From Balanoglossus misakiensis (Eukaryota; Animalia; Hemichordata), in assembly GCA_040954595.2 (NCBI GenBank), contig CM082598.2, forward strand, positions 6,835,097 through 6,899,096: a stretch of 64,000 nt of DNA, read 5' to 3'. The notes beneath the pieces were generated by a model. The model worked only from the letters and a program-made list of their open reading frames with translations. It was not told the origin of the DNA and did no database searches. Below are positions 39,260-54,100 of this stretch, one piece after another. Both the position numbers and the translations under genes were made by a program. The stretch's first letter is position 1. Each line of letters starts with the position of its first letter.

Positions 39260-42200
39260 CATGGGTTATAGCTCATGAAAATCACCCAAAAATGACAATT
39301 TTTCGACTTTGCGAAATTTCAATATTTATCCATTTTTTGATAAAAATCATGGGTTATAGCTCATGAAAATCACCCAAAAATGACAATTTTTTGACTTTGC
39401 GAAATTTCAATATTTATCCATTTTTTGATAAAAATCATGGGTTATATATATATGAAAATCACACAAAAATGACAATTTTTCGACTTTGCGAATTTTCAAA
39501 ATTTCTTCTTTTTTGAAAAAATCATCAGTTATAGCTCATGAAAATCATCCAAAAATGACAATTTTTCGACTTTGCGAAATTTCAATATTTATCCATTTTT
39601 TGATAAAAATCATGGGTTATAGCTCATGAAAATCACCCAAAAATGACAATTTTTTGACTTTGCGAAATTTCAATATTTATCCATTTTTGATAAAAATCAT
39701 GGGTTATAGCTCATGAAAATAACCCAAAAATGACCATTTCTCGACTTAGCGAAATGACAATTTTTGGACTTTGAGAAATTTCAATATTTATCCATTTTTT
39801 ATAAAAATCATGGGTTATAGCTCATGAAAATCACCCAAAAATGACAATTTTTCGACTTTGCGAAATTTCAATATTTATCCATTTTTTGATAAAAATCATT
39901 GGTTATAGCTCACGAAAATCACCCAAAAATGACAATTTTTCGACTTTGCGAATTTTCAAAATTTCTTCATTTTTTGAAAAAATCATCAGTTATAGCTCAT
40001 GAAAATCATCCAAAAATGACAATTTTTCGACTTTGCGAAATTTCAATGTTTATCCATTCTTTGAGAAAAATAATGGGTTATATATATATGAAAATCACCC
40101 AAAAATGACAATTTTTCGACTTTGCGAATTTTCAAAATTTCTTCATTTTTTGAAAAAATCATCAGTTATATAGCTCATGAAAATCATCCAAAAATGACAA
40201 TTTTTCGACTTTGCGAAATGTCAATATTTATCCATTTTTTGATAAAAATCATGGGTTATAGCTCATGAAAATCACCCAAAAATGACAATTTTTTGACTTT
40301 GCGAAATTTCAATATTTATCCATTTTTGATAAAAATCATGGGTTATAGCTCATGAAAATAACCCAAAAATGACCATTTCTCGACTTAGCGAAATGACAAT
40401 TTTTGGACTTTGAGAAATTTCAATATTTATCCATTTTTTATAAAAATCATGGGTTATAGCTCATGAAAATCACCCAAAAATGACAATTTTTCGACTTTGC
40501 GAAATTTCAAAATTTATCCATTTTTTGATAAAAATCATTGGTTATAGCTCACGAAAATCACCCAAAAATGACAATTTTTCGACTTTGCGAATTTTCAAAA
40601 TTTCTTCATTTTTTGAAAAAATCATCAGTTATAGCTCATGAAAATCATCCAAAAATGACAATTTTTCGACTTTGCGAAATTTCAATGTTTATCCATTCTT
40701 TGAGAAAAATCATGGGTTATATATATATGAAAATCACCCAAAAATGACAATTTTTCGACTTTGCGAATTTTCAAAATTTCTTCATTTTTTGAAAAAATCA
40801 TCAGTTATAGCTCATGAAAATCATCCAAAAATGACAATTTTTCGACTTTGCGAAATTTCAATATTTATCCATTTTTTGATAAAAATCATGGGTTATAGCT
40901 CATGAAAATAACCCAAAAATGACCATTTTTCGACTTAGCGAAATGACAATTTTTGGACTTTGCGAAATTTCAATATTTATCCATTTTTTGATAAAAATCA
41001 TGGGTTATAGCTCATGAAAATCACCCAAAAATGACAATTTTTTGACTTTGCGAAATTTCAATATTTATCCATTTTTTGATAAAAATCATGGGTTATATAT
41101 ATATGAAAATCACACAAAAATGACAATTTTTCGACTTTGCGAATTTTCAAAATTTCTTCATTTTTTGAAAAAATCATCAGTTATAGCTTATGAAAACTAT
41201 CCAAAAATGACAATTTTTCGACTTTGCGAAATTTCAATATTTATCCATTTTTTGATAAAAATCATGGGTTATAGCTCATGAAAATCACCCAAAAATGACA
41301 ATTTTTTGGCTTTGCGAAATTTCAATATTTATCCATTTTTTGATAAAAATCATGGGTTATAGCTCATGAAAATCACCTAAAAATGAAAATTTTTCGACTT
41401 TTCGAAATTTCAATGTTTATCCATTCGTTGAGAAAAATCATGGGTTATATATATATGAAAATCACCCAAAAATGACAATTTTTCGACTTTGCGAATTTTC
41501 AGAATTTCTTCATTTTTTGAAAAAATCATCAATTATAGCTCATGAAAATCATCCAAAATGACAATTTTTCGACTTTGCGAAATTTCAATGTTTATCCATT
41601 TTTTGATCAAAATCATGGGTTATAGCTCATGAAAATCACCAAAAAATGACAATTTTTCGACTTTGCGAAATTTCAATATTTATCCATTTTTTGTTAAAAT
41701 CATGGGTTATAGCTCATGAAAATAACCCAAAAATGACCATTTTTCGACTTAGCGAAATGACAATTTTTTGACTTTGCGAAATTTCAATATTTATCCATTT
41801 TTTGATAAAAATCATGGGTTATTGCTCATGAAAATCACCCAAAAATGAAAATTTTTTGACTTTGCGAAATTTCGATATTTATCCATTTATTTAAAAAAAT
41901 CATGGGTTATAGCTCATGAAAATCACCCAAAAATGACAATTTTTCGACTTTGCGAAATTTCAATATTTATCCATTTTTTGATAAAAATCATTGGTTATAG
42001 CTCACGAAAATCACCCAAAAATGACAATTTTTTGACTTTGCGAAATTTCAATATTTATCCATTTTTTGATAAAAATCATGGGTTATATATATATGAAAAT
42101 CACACAAAAATGACAATTTTTCGACTTTGCGAATTTTCAAAATTTCTTCATTTTTTGAAAAAAATCATCAGTTATAGCTCATGAAAACTATCCAAAAATG

Positions 42201-45200
42201 ACAATTTTTCGACTTTGCGAAATTTCAATATTTATCCATTTTTTGATAAAAATCATGGGTTATAGCTCATGAAAATCACCCAAAAATGACAATTTTTTGG
42301 CTTTGCGAAATTTCAATATTTATCCATTTTTTGATAAAAATCATGGGTTATAGCTCATGAAAATCACCCAAAAATGAAAATTTTTCGACTTTTCGAAATT
42401 TCAATGTTTATCCATTCGTTGAGAAAAATCATGGGTTATATATATATGAAAATCACCCAAAAATGACAATTTTTCGACTTTGCGAATTTTCAGAATTTCT
42501 TCATTTTTTGAAAAAATCATCAGTTATAGCTCATGAAAATCATCCAAAAATGACAATTTTTTTGACTTTGCGAAATTTCAATGTTTATCCATTTTTTGAT
42601 CAAAATCATGGGTTATAGCTCATGAAAATCACCCAAAAATGACCATTTTTCGACTTAGCGAAATGACAATTTTTTGACTTTGCGAAATTTCAATATTTAT
42701 CCATTTATTTAAAAAAATCATGGGTTATAGCTCATGAAAATCACCCAAAAATGACAATTTTTCGACTTTGCGAAATTTCAATATTTATCCATTTTTTGAT
42801 AAAAATCATTGGTTATAGCTCACGAAAATCACCCAAAAATGACAATTTTTCGACTTTGCGAATTTTCAAAATTTCTTCATTTTTTGAAAAAATCATCAGT
42901 TATAGGTCATGAAAATCATCCAAAAATGACAATTTTTCGACTTTGCGAAATTTCAATGTTTATCCATTCGTTGAGAAAAATCATTGGTTATATATATATG
43001 AAAATCACCCAAAAATGACAAGTTTTCGACTTTGCAAATTTTCAGAATTTCTTCATTTTTTGAAAAAATCATCAGTTATAGCTCATGAAAATCATCCAAA
43101 AATGACAATTTTTGGACTTTGCGAAATTTCAATATTTATCCATTTTTTGATAAAAATCATGGGTTATTGCTCATGAAAATCACCCAAAAATGACAATTTT
43201 TTGACTTTGCGAAATTTCAATATTTATCCATTTTTTATAAAAATCATGGGTTATAGCTCATGAAAATCACCCAAAAATGACAATTTTTCGACTTTGCGAA
43301 ATTTCAATATTTATCCATTTTTTGATAAAAATCATGGGTTATAGCTCATGAAAATCACCCAAAAATGACAATTTTTTGACTTTGCGAAATTTCAATATTT
43401 ATCCATTTTTTGATAAAAATCATGGGTTATATATATATGAAAATCACACAAAAATGACAATTTTTCGACTTTGCGAATTTTCAAAATTTCTTCTTTTTTG
43501 AAAAAATCATCAGTTATAGCTCATGAAAATCATCCAAAAATGACAATTTTTCGACTTTGCGAAATTTCAATATTTATCCATTTTTTGATAAAAATCATGG
43601 GTTATAGCTCATGAAAATCACCCAAAAATGACAATTTTTTGACTTTGCGAAATTTCAATATTTATCCATTTTTGATAAAAATCATGGGTTATAGCTCATG
43701 AAAATAACCCAAAAATGACCATTTCTCGACTTAGCGAAATGACAATTTTTGGACTTTGAGAAATTTCAATATTTATCCATTTTTTATAAAAATCATGGGT
43801 TATAGCTCATGAAAATCACCCAAAAATGACAATTTTTCGACTTTGCGAAATTTCAATATTTATCCATTTTTTGATAAAAATCATTGGTTATAGCTCACGA
43901 AAATCACCCAAAAATGACAATTTTTCGACTTTGCGAATTTTCAAAATTTCTTCATTTTTTGAAAAAATCATCAGTTATAGCTCATGAAAATCATCCAAAA
44001 ATGACAATTTTTCGACTTTGCGAAATTTCAATGTTTATCCATTCTTTGAGAAAAATAATGGGTTATATATATATGAAAATCACCCAAAAATGACAATTTT
44101 TCGACTTTGCGAATTTTCAAAATTTCTTCATTTTTTGAAAAAATCATCAGTTATATAGCTCATGAAAATCATCCAAAAATGACAATTTTTCGACTTTGCG
44201 AAATGTCAATATTTATCCATTTTTTGATAAAAATCATGGGTTATAGCTCATGAAAATCACCCAAAAATGACAATTTTTTGACTTTGCGAAATTTCAATAT
44301 TTATCCATTTTTGATAAAAATCATGGGTTATAGCTCATGAAAATAACCCAAAAATGACCATTTCTCGACTTAGCGAAATGACAATTTTTGGACTTTGAGA
44401 AATTTCAATATTTATCCATTTTTTATAAAAATCATGGGTTATAGCTCATGAAAATCACCCAAAAATGACAATTTTTCGACTTTGCGAAATTTCAAAATTT
44501 ATCCATTTTTTGATAAAAATCATTGGTTATAGCTCACGAAAATCACCCAAAAATGACAATTTTTCGACTTTGCGAATTTTCAAAATTTCTTCATTTTTTG
44601 AAAAAATCATCAGTTATAGCTCATGAAAATCATCCAAAAATGACAATTTTTCGACTTTGCGAAATTTCAATGTTTATCCATTCTTTGAGAAAAATCATGG
44701 GTTATATATATATGAAAATCACCCAAAAATGACAATTTTTCGACTTTGCGAATTTTCAAAATTTCTTCATTTTTTGAAAAAATCATCAGTTATAGCTCAT
44801 GAAAATCATCCAAAAATGACAATTTTTCGACTTTGCGAAATTTCAATATTTATCCATTTTTTGATAAAAATCATGGGTTATAGCTCATGAAAATAACCCA
44901 AAAATGACCATTTTTCGACTTAGCGAAATGACAATTTTTGGACTTTGCGAAATTTCAATATTTATCCATTTTTTGATAAAAATCATGGGTTATAGCTCAT
45001 GAAAATCACCCAAAAATGACAATTTTTTGACTTTGCGAAATTTCAATATTTATCCATTTTTTGATAAAAATCATGGGTTATATATATATGAAAATCACAC
45101 AAAAATGACAATTTTTCGACTTTGCGAATTTTCAAAATTTCTTCATTTTTTGAAAAAATCATCAGTTATAGCTCATGAAAACTATCCAAAAATGACAATT

Positions 45201-47300
45201 TTTCGACTTTGCGAAATTTCAATATTTATCCATTTTTTGATAAAAATCATGGGTTATAGCTCATGAAAATCACCCAAAAATGACAATTTTTTGGCTTTGC
45301 GAAATTTCAATATTTATCCATTTTTTGATAAAAATCATGGGTTATAGCTCATGAAAATCACCTAAAAATGAAAATTTTTCGACTTTTCGAAATTTCAATG
45401 TTTATCCATTCGTTGAGAAAAATCATGGGTTATATATATATGAAAATCACCCAAAAATGACAATTTTTCGACTTTGCGAATTTTCAGAATTTCTTCATTT
45501 TTTGAAAAAATCATCAATTATAGCTCATGAAAATCATCCAAAATGACAATTTTTCGACTTTGCGAAATTTCAATGTTTATCCATTTTTTGATCAAAATCA
45601 TGGGTTATAGCTCATGAAAATCACCAAAAAATGACAATTTTTCGACTTTGCGAAATTTCAATATTTATCCATTTTTTGTTAAAATCATGGGTTATAGCTC
45701 ATGAAAATAACCCAAAAATGACCATTTTTCGACTTAGCGAAATGACAATTTTTTGACTTTGCGAAATTTCAATATTTATCCATTTTTTGATAAAAATCAT
45801 GGGTTATTGCTCATGAAAATCACCCAAAAATGAAAATTTTTTGACTTTGCGAAATTTCGATATTTATCCATTTATTTAAAAAAATCATGGGTTATAGCTC
45901 ATGAAAATCACCCAAAAATGACAATTTTTTGACTTTGCGAAATTTCAATATTTATCCATTTTTTGATAAAAATCATTGGTTATAGCTCACGAAAATCACC
46001 CAAAAATGACAATTTTTTGACTTTGCGAAATTTCAATATTTATCCATTTTTTGATAAAAATCATGGGTTATATATATATGAAAATCACACAAAAATGACA
46101 ATTTTTCGACTTTGCGAATTTTCAAAATTTCTTCATTTTTTGAAAAAATCATCAGTTATAGCTCATGAAAACTATCCAAAAATGACAATTTTTCGACTTT
46201 GCGAAATTTCAATATTTATCCATTTTTTGATAAAAATCATGGGTTATAGCTCATGAAAATCACCCAAAAATGACAATTTTTTGGCTTTGCGAAATTTCAA
46301 TATTTATCCATTTTTTGATAAAAATCATGGGTTATAGCTCATGAAAATCACCCAAAAATGAAAATTTTTCGACTTTTCGAAATTTCAATGTTTATCCATT
46401 CGTTGAGAAAAATCATGGGTTATATATATATGAAAATCACCCAAAAATGACAATTTTTCGACTTTGCGAATTTTCAGAATTTCTTCATTTTTTGAAAAAA
46501 TCATCAGTTATAGCTCATGAAAATCATCCAAAAATGACAATTTTTTTGACTTTGCGAAATTTCAATGTTTATCCATTTTTTGATCAAAATCATGGGTTAT
46601 AGCTCATGAAAATCACCCAAAAATGACCATTTTTCGACTTAGCGAAATGACAATTTTTTGACTTTGCGAAATTTCAATATTTATCCATTTATTTAAAAAA
46701 ATCATGGGTTATAGCTCATGAAAATCACCCAAAAATGACAATTTTTCGACTTTGCGAAATTTCAATATTTATCCATTTTTTGATAAAAATCATTGGTTAT
46801 AGCTCACGAAAATCACCCAAAAATGACAATTTTTCGACTTTGCGAATTTTCAAAATTTCTTCATTTTTTGAAAAAATCATCAGTTATAGGTCATGAAAAT
46901 CATCCAAAAATGACAATTTTTCGACTTTGCGAAATTTCAATGTTTATCCATTCGTTGAGAAAAATCATTGGTTATATATATATGAAAATCACCCAAAAAT
47001 GACAAGTTTTCGACTTTGCAAATTTTCAGAATTTCTTCATTTTTTGAAAAAATCATCAGTTATAGCTCATGAAAATCATCCAAAAATGACAATTTTTGGA
47101 CTTTGCGAAATTTCAATATTTATCCATTTTTTGATAAAAATCATGGGTTATTGCTCATGAAAATCACCCAAAAATGACAATTTTTTGACTTTGCGAAATT
47201 TCAATATTTATCCATTTTTTATAAAAATCATGGGTTATAGCTCATGAAAATCACCCAAAAATGACAATTTTTCGACTTTGCGAAATTTCAATATTTATCC
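39260..47300 (+). repeat. ~3985-bp tandem higher-order duplication
   Basis: Offsets 39899/43884 and 41042/45027 (3985); 42809/46793 and 42943/46927 (3984). Boundaries approximate. Confidence 0.9.
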
Positions 47301-50300
47301 ATTTTTTGATAAAAATCATTGGTTATAGCTCACGAAAATCATTCAAAAATGACAATTTTTCGACTTTGCGAATTTTAAATATTTATCCATTTTTTGATAA
47401 AAATCATGGGTTATAGGCTCATGAAAATAACCCAAAAATGACAATTTTTCGACTTTGCGAATTTTCAAAATTTCTTCATTTTTTGAAAAAATCATCAGTT
47501 ATAGCTCATGAAAATCATCCAAAAATGACAATTTTTCGACTTTGCGAAATTTCAATGTTTATCCATTCTTTGAGAAAAATCATGGGTTATATATATATGA
47601 AAATCACCCAAAAATGACAATTTTTCGACTTTGCGAATTTTCAAAATTTCTTCATTTTTTGAAAAAATCATCAGTTATAGCTCATGAAAATCATCCAAAA
47701 ATGACAATTTTTCGACTTTGCGAAATTTCAATATTTATCCATTTTTTGATAAAAATCATGGGTTATAGCTCATGAAAATCACCCAAAAATGACAATTTTT
47801 TGACTTTGCGAAATTTCAATATTTATCCATTTTTTGATAAAAATCATGGGTTATATATATATGAAAATCACACAAAAATGACAATTTTTCGACTTTGCGA
47901 AATTTCGATATTTATCCATTTATTTAAAAAAATCATGGGTTATAGCTCATGAAAATCACCCAAAAATGACAATTTTTCGACTTTGCGAAATTTCAATATT
48001 TATCCATTTTTTGATAAAAATCATTAGTTATAGCTCATGAAAATCATCCAAAAATGACAATTTTTCGACTTTGCGAATTTTCAAAATTTCTTCATTTTTT
48101 GAAAAAATCATTAGTTATAGCTCATGAAAATCATCCAAAAATGACAATTTTTCGACTTTGCGAAATTTCAATGTTTATCCATTCGTTGAGAAAAATCATG
48201 GGTTATATATATATGAAAATCACCCAAAAATGACAATTTTTCGACTTTGCGAATTTTCAGAATTTCTTCATTTTTTGAAAAAATCATCAGTTATAGCTCA
48301 TGAAAATCATCCAAAAATGACAATTTTTGGACTTTGCGAAATTTCAATATTTATCCATTTTTTGATAAAAATCATGGGTTATTGCTCATGAAAATCACCC
48401 AAAAATGACAATTTTTGGACTTTGCGAAATTTCAATATTTATCCATTTTTTGATAAAAATCATGGGTTATTGCTCATGAAAATCACCCAAAAATGACAAT
48501 TTTTTGACTTTGCGAAATTTCAATATTTATCCATTTTTTGATAAAAATCATGGGTTATAGGCTCATGAAAATAACCCAAAAATGACAATTTTTCGACTTT
48601 GCGAATTTTCAAAATTTCTTCATTTTTTGAAAAAATCATCAGTTATAGCTCATGAAAATCATCCAAAAATGACAATTTTTCGACTTTGCGAAATTTCAAT
48701 ATTTATCCATTTTTTGATAAAAATCATGGGTTATAGCTCATGAAAATCATCCAAAAATGACAATTTTTCGACTTTGCGAAATTTCAATGTTTATCCATTC
48801 TTTGAGAAAAATCATGGGTTATATATATATGAAAATCACCCAAAAATGACAATTTTTCGACTTTGCGAATTTTCAAAATTTCTTCATTTTTTGAAAAAAT
48901 CATCAGTTATAGCTCATGAAAATCATCCAAAAATGACAATTTTTCGACTTTGCGAAATTTCAATATTTATCCATTTTTTGATAAAAATCATGGGTTATAG
49001 CTCATGAAAATCACCCAAAAATGACAATTTTTTGACTTTGCGAAATTTCAATATTTATCCATTTTTTGATAAAAATCATGGGTTATATATATATGAAAAT
49101 CACACAAAAATGACAATTTTTCGACTTTGCGAATTTTCAAAATTTCTTCATTTTTTGAAAAAATCATCAGTTATAGCTCATGAAAACTATCCAAAAATGA
49201 CAATTTTTCGACATTGCGAAATTTCAATATTTATCCATTTTTTGATAAAAAATCATGGGTTATAGCTCATGAAAATCACCCAAAAATGACAATTTTTTGA
49301 CTTTGCGAAATTTCAATATTTATCCATTTTTTGATAAAAATCATGGGTTATAGCTCATGAAAATCACCCAAAAATGAAAATTTTTCGACTTTTCGAAATT
49401 TCAATGTTTATCCATTTTTTGATCAAAATCATGGGTTATAGCTCATGAAAATCACCCAAAAATGACAATTTTTCGACTTTGCGGAATTTCAATATTTATC
49501 CATTTTTTGATAAAAATCATGGGTTATATATATATGAAAATTACACAAAAATGACAATTTTTCGACTTTGCGAATTTTCAAAATTTCTTCATTTTTTTTG
49601 AAAAAATCATCAGTTATAGCTCATAAAAATAACCCAAAAATGACAATTTTTCGACTTTGCAAAATGTCAATATTTACCCATTTTTTGATAAAAATCATGG
49701 GTTATAGCTCATGAAAATCATCCAAAAATTACAATTTTTCGACTTTGCGAAATTTCAATATTTATCCATTTTTTATAAAAATCATGGGTTAAAGCTCATG
49801 AAAATCACCCAAAAATGACAATTTTTCGACTTTGCGAAATTTCAATATTTATCCATTTTTTGATAAAAATCATTGGTTATAGCTCACGAAAATCATTCAA
49901 AAATGACAATTTTTCGACTTTGCGAATTTTAAATATTTATCCATTTTTTGATAAAAATCATGGGTTATAGGCTCATGAAAATCACCCAAAAATGACAATT
50001 TTTCGACTTTGCGAATTTTCAAAATTTCTTCATTTTTTGAAAAAATCATCAGTTATAGCTCATGAAAATCATCCAAAAATGACAATTTTTCGACTTTGCG
50101 AAATTTCAATATTTATCCATTTTTTGATAAAAATCATGGGTTATAGCTCATGAAAATCACCCTAAAATGACAAATTTTTGACTTTGCGAAATTTCAATAT
50201 TTATCCATTTTTTGATAAAAATCATGGGTTATATATATATGAAAATCACACAAAAATGACAATTTTTCGACTTTGCGAATTTTCAAAATTTCTTCATTTT

Positions 50301-51189
50301 TTGAAAAAATCATCAGTTATAGCTCATGAAAACTATCCAAAAATGACAATTTTTCGACTTTGCGAAATTTCAATATTTATCCATTTTTTGATAAAAAATC
50401 ATGGGTTATAGCTCATGAAAATCACCCAAAAATGAAAATTTTTCGACTTTTCGAAATTTCAATTTTATCCATTTTTTGATCAAAATCATGGGTTATAGCT
50501 CATGAAAATCACCCAAAAATGACAATTTTTTGACTTTGCGAAATTTCAATATTTATCCATTTTTTGATAAAAATCATGGGTTATATATATATGAAAATCA
50601 CACAAAAATGACAATTTTTCGACTTTGCGAATTTTCAAAATTTCTTCATTTTTTGAAAAAATCATCAGTTATAGCTCATGAAAACTATCCAAAAATGACA
50701 ATTTTTCGACATTGCGAAATTTCAATATTTATCCATTTTTTGATAAAAAATCATGGGTTATAGCTCATGAAAATCACCCAAAAATGACAATTTTTTGACT
50801 TTGCGAAATTTCAATATTTATCCATTTTTTGATAAAAATCATGGGTTATAGCTCATGAAAATCACCCAAAAATGAAAATTTTTCGACTTTTCGAAATTTC
50901 AATGTTTATCCATTTTTTGATCAAAATCATGGGTTATAGCTCATGAAAATCACCCAAAAATGACAATTTTTCGACTTTGCGGAATTTCAATATTTATCCA
51001 TTTTTTGATAAAAATCATGGGTTATATATATATGAAAATTACACAAAAATGACAATTTTTCGACTTTGCGAATTTTCAAAATTTCTTCATTTTTTGAAAA
51101 AATCATCAGTTATAGCTCATGAAAACTATCCAAAAATGACAATTTTTGGACTTTGCGAAATTTCAATATTTATCCATTTTTTGATAAAA

Positions 51190-54100
51190 ATCATGGGTTA
51201 TAGCTCATGAAAATCACCCAAAAATGACAATTTTTGGACTTTGCGAAATTTCAATATTTATCAATTTTTTGATAAAAATCATGGGTTATATATATATGAA
51301 AATTACACAAAAATGACAATTTTTCGACTTTGCGAATTTTCAAAATTTCTTCATTTTTTGAAAAAATCATCAGTTATAGCTCATGAAAACTATCCAAAAA
51401 TGACAATTTTTCGACATTGCGAAATTTCAATATTTATCCATTTTTTGATAAAAAATCATGGGTTATAGCTCATGAAAATCACCCAAAAATGACAATTTTT
51501 TGACTTTGCGAAATTTCAATATTTATCCATTTTTTGATAAAAATCATGGGTTATAGCTCATGAAAATCACCCAAAAATGAAAATTTTTCGACTTTTCGAA
51601 ATTTCAATGTTTATCCATTTTTTGATCAAAATCATGGGTTATAGCTCATGAAAATCACCCAAAAATGACAATTTTTCGACTTTGCGGAATTTCAATATTT
51701 ATCCATTTTTTGATAAAAATCATGGGTTATATCTATATGAAAATTACACAAAAATGACAATTTTTCGACTTTGCGAATTTTCAAAATTTCTTCATTTTTT
51801 TTGAAAAAATCATCAGTTATAGCTCATGAAAATAACCCAAAAATGACAATTTTTCGACTTTGCAAAATGTCAATATTTACCCATTTTTTGATAAAAATCA
51901 TGGGTTATAGCTCATGAAAATCATCCAAAAATTACAATTTTTCGACTTTGCGAAATTTCAATATTTATCCATTTTTTATAAAAATCATGGGTTATAGCTC
52001 ATGAAAATCACCCAAAAATGACAATTTTTCGACTTTGCGAAATTTCAATATTTATCCATTTTTTGATAAAAATCATTGGTCATAGCTCACGAAAATCATT
52101 CAAAAATGACAATTTTTCGACTTTGCGAATTTTAAATATTTATCCATTTTTTGATAAAAATCATGGGTTATAGGCTCATGAAAATCACCCAAAAATGACA
52201 ATTTTTCGACTTTGCGAATTTTCAAAATTTCTTCATTTTTTGAAAAAATCATCAGTTATAGCTCATGAAAATCATCCAAAAATGACAATTTTTCGACTTT
52301 GCGAAATTTCAATATTTATCCATTTTTTGATAAAAATCATGGGTTATAGCTCATGAAAATCACCCTAAAATGACAAATTTTTGACTTTGCGAAATTTCAA
52401 TATTTATCCATTTTTTGATAAAAATCATGGGTTATATATATATGAAAATCACACAAAAATGACAATTTTTCGACTTTGCGAATTTTCAAAATTTCTTCAT
52501 TTTTTGAAAAAATCATCAGTTATAGCTCATGAAAACTATCCAAAAATGACAATTTTTCGACTTTGCGAAATTTCAATATTTATCCATTTTTTGATAAAAA
52601 ATCATGGGTTATAGCTCATGAAAATCACCCAAAAATGACAATTTTTTGACTTTGCGAAATTTCAATATTTATCCATTTTTTGATAAAAATCATGGGTTAT
52701 AGCTCATGAAAATCACCCAAAAATGAAAATTTTTCGACTTTTCGAAATTTCAATTTTATCCATTTTTTGATCAAAATCATGGGTTATAGCTCATGAAAAT
52801 CACCCAAAAATGACAATTTTTTGACTTTGCGAAATTTCGATATTTATCCATTTTTTTGATAAAAATCATGGGTTATAGCTCATGAAAATCACCCAAAAAT
52901 GAAAATTTTTCGACTTTTCGAAATTTCAATTTTATCCATTTTTTGATCAAAATCATGGGTTATAGCTCATGAAAATCACCCAAAAATGACAATTTTTTGA
53001 CTTTGCGAAATTTCGATATTTATCCATTTTTTTGATAAAAATCATGGGTTATAGCTCATGAAAATCACCCAAAAATTTAAATTTTTCGACATTGCGAAAT
53101 TTCAATATTTATCCATTTTTTGATAAAAAATCATGGGTTATAGCTCATGAAAATCACCCAAAAATGACAATTTTTCGACTTTTCGAAATTTCAATTTTAT
53201 CCATTTTTTGATCAAAATCATGGGTTATAGCTCATGAAAATCACCCAAAAATGACAATTTTTTGACTTTGCGAAATTTCAATATTTATCCATTTTTTGAT
53301 AAAAATCATGGGTTATATATATATGAAAATCACACAAAAATGACAATTTTTCGACTTTGCGAATTTTCAAAATTTCTTCATTTTTTGAAAAAATCATCAG
53401 TTAAAGCTCATGAAAACTATCCAAAAATGACAATTTTTCGACATTGCGAAATTTCAATATTTATCCATTTTTTGATAAAAAATCATGGGTTATAGCTCAT
53501 GAAAATCACCCAAAAATGACAATTTTTTGACTTTGCGAAATTTCAATATTTATCCATTTTTTGATAAAAATCATGGGTTATAGCTCATGAAAATCACCCA
53601 AAAATGAAAATTTTTCGACTTTTCGAAATTTCAATGTTTATCCATTTTTTGATCAAAATCATGGGTTATAGCTCATGAAAATCACCCAAAAATGACAATT
53701 TTTCGACTTTGCGGAATTTCAATATTTATCCATTTTTTGATAAAAATCATGGGTTATATATATATGAAAATTACACAAAAATGACAATTTTTCGACTTTT
53801 CGAATTTTCAAAATTTCTTCATTTTTTGAAAAAATCATCAGTTATAGCTCATGAAAACTATCCAAAAATGACAATTTTTGGACTTTGCGAAATTTCAATA
53901 TTTATCCATTTTTTGATAAAAATCATGGGTTATAGCTCATGAAAATCACCCAAAAATGAAAAATTTTCGACTTTGCGAATTTTCAAAATTTATTCATTTT
54001 TTGATAAAAATCATGGGTTATAGCTCATGAAAATCACCCAAAAATGACAATTTTTGGACTTTGCGAAATTTCAATATTTATCAATTTTTTGATAAAAATC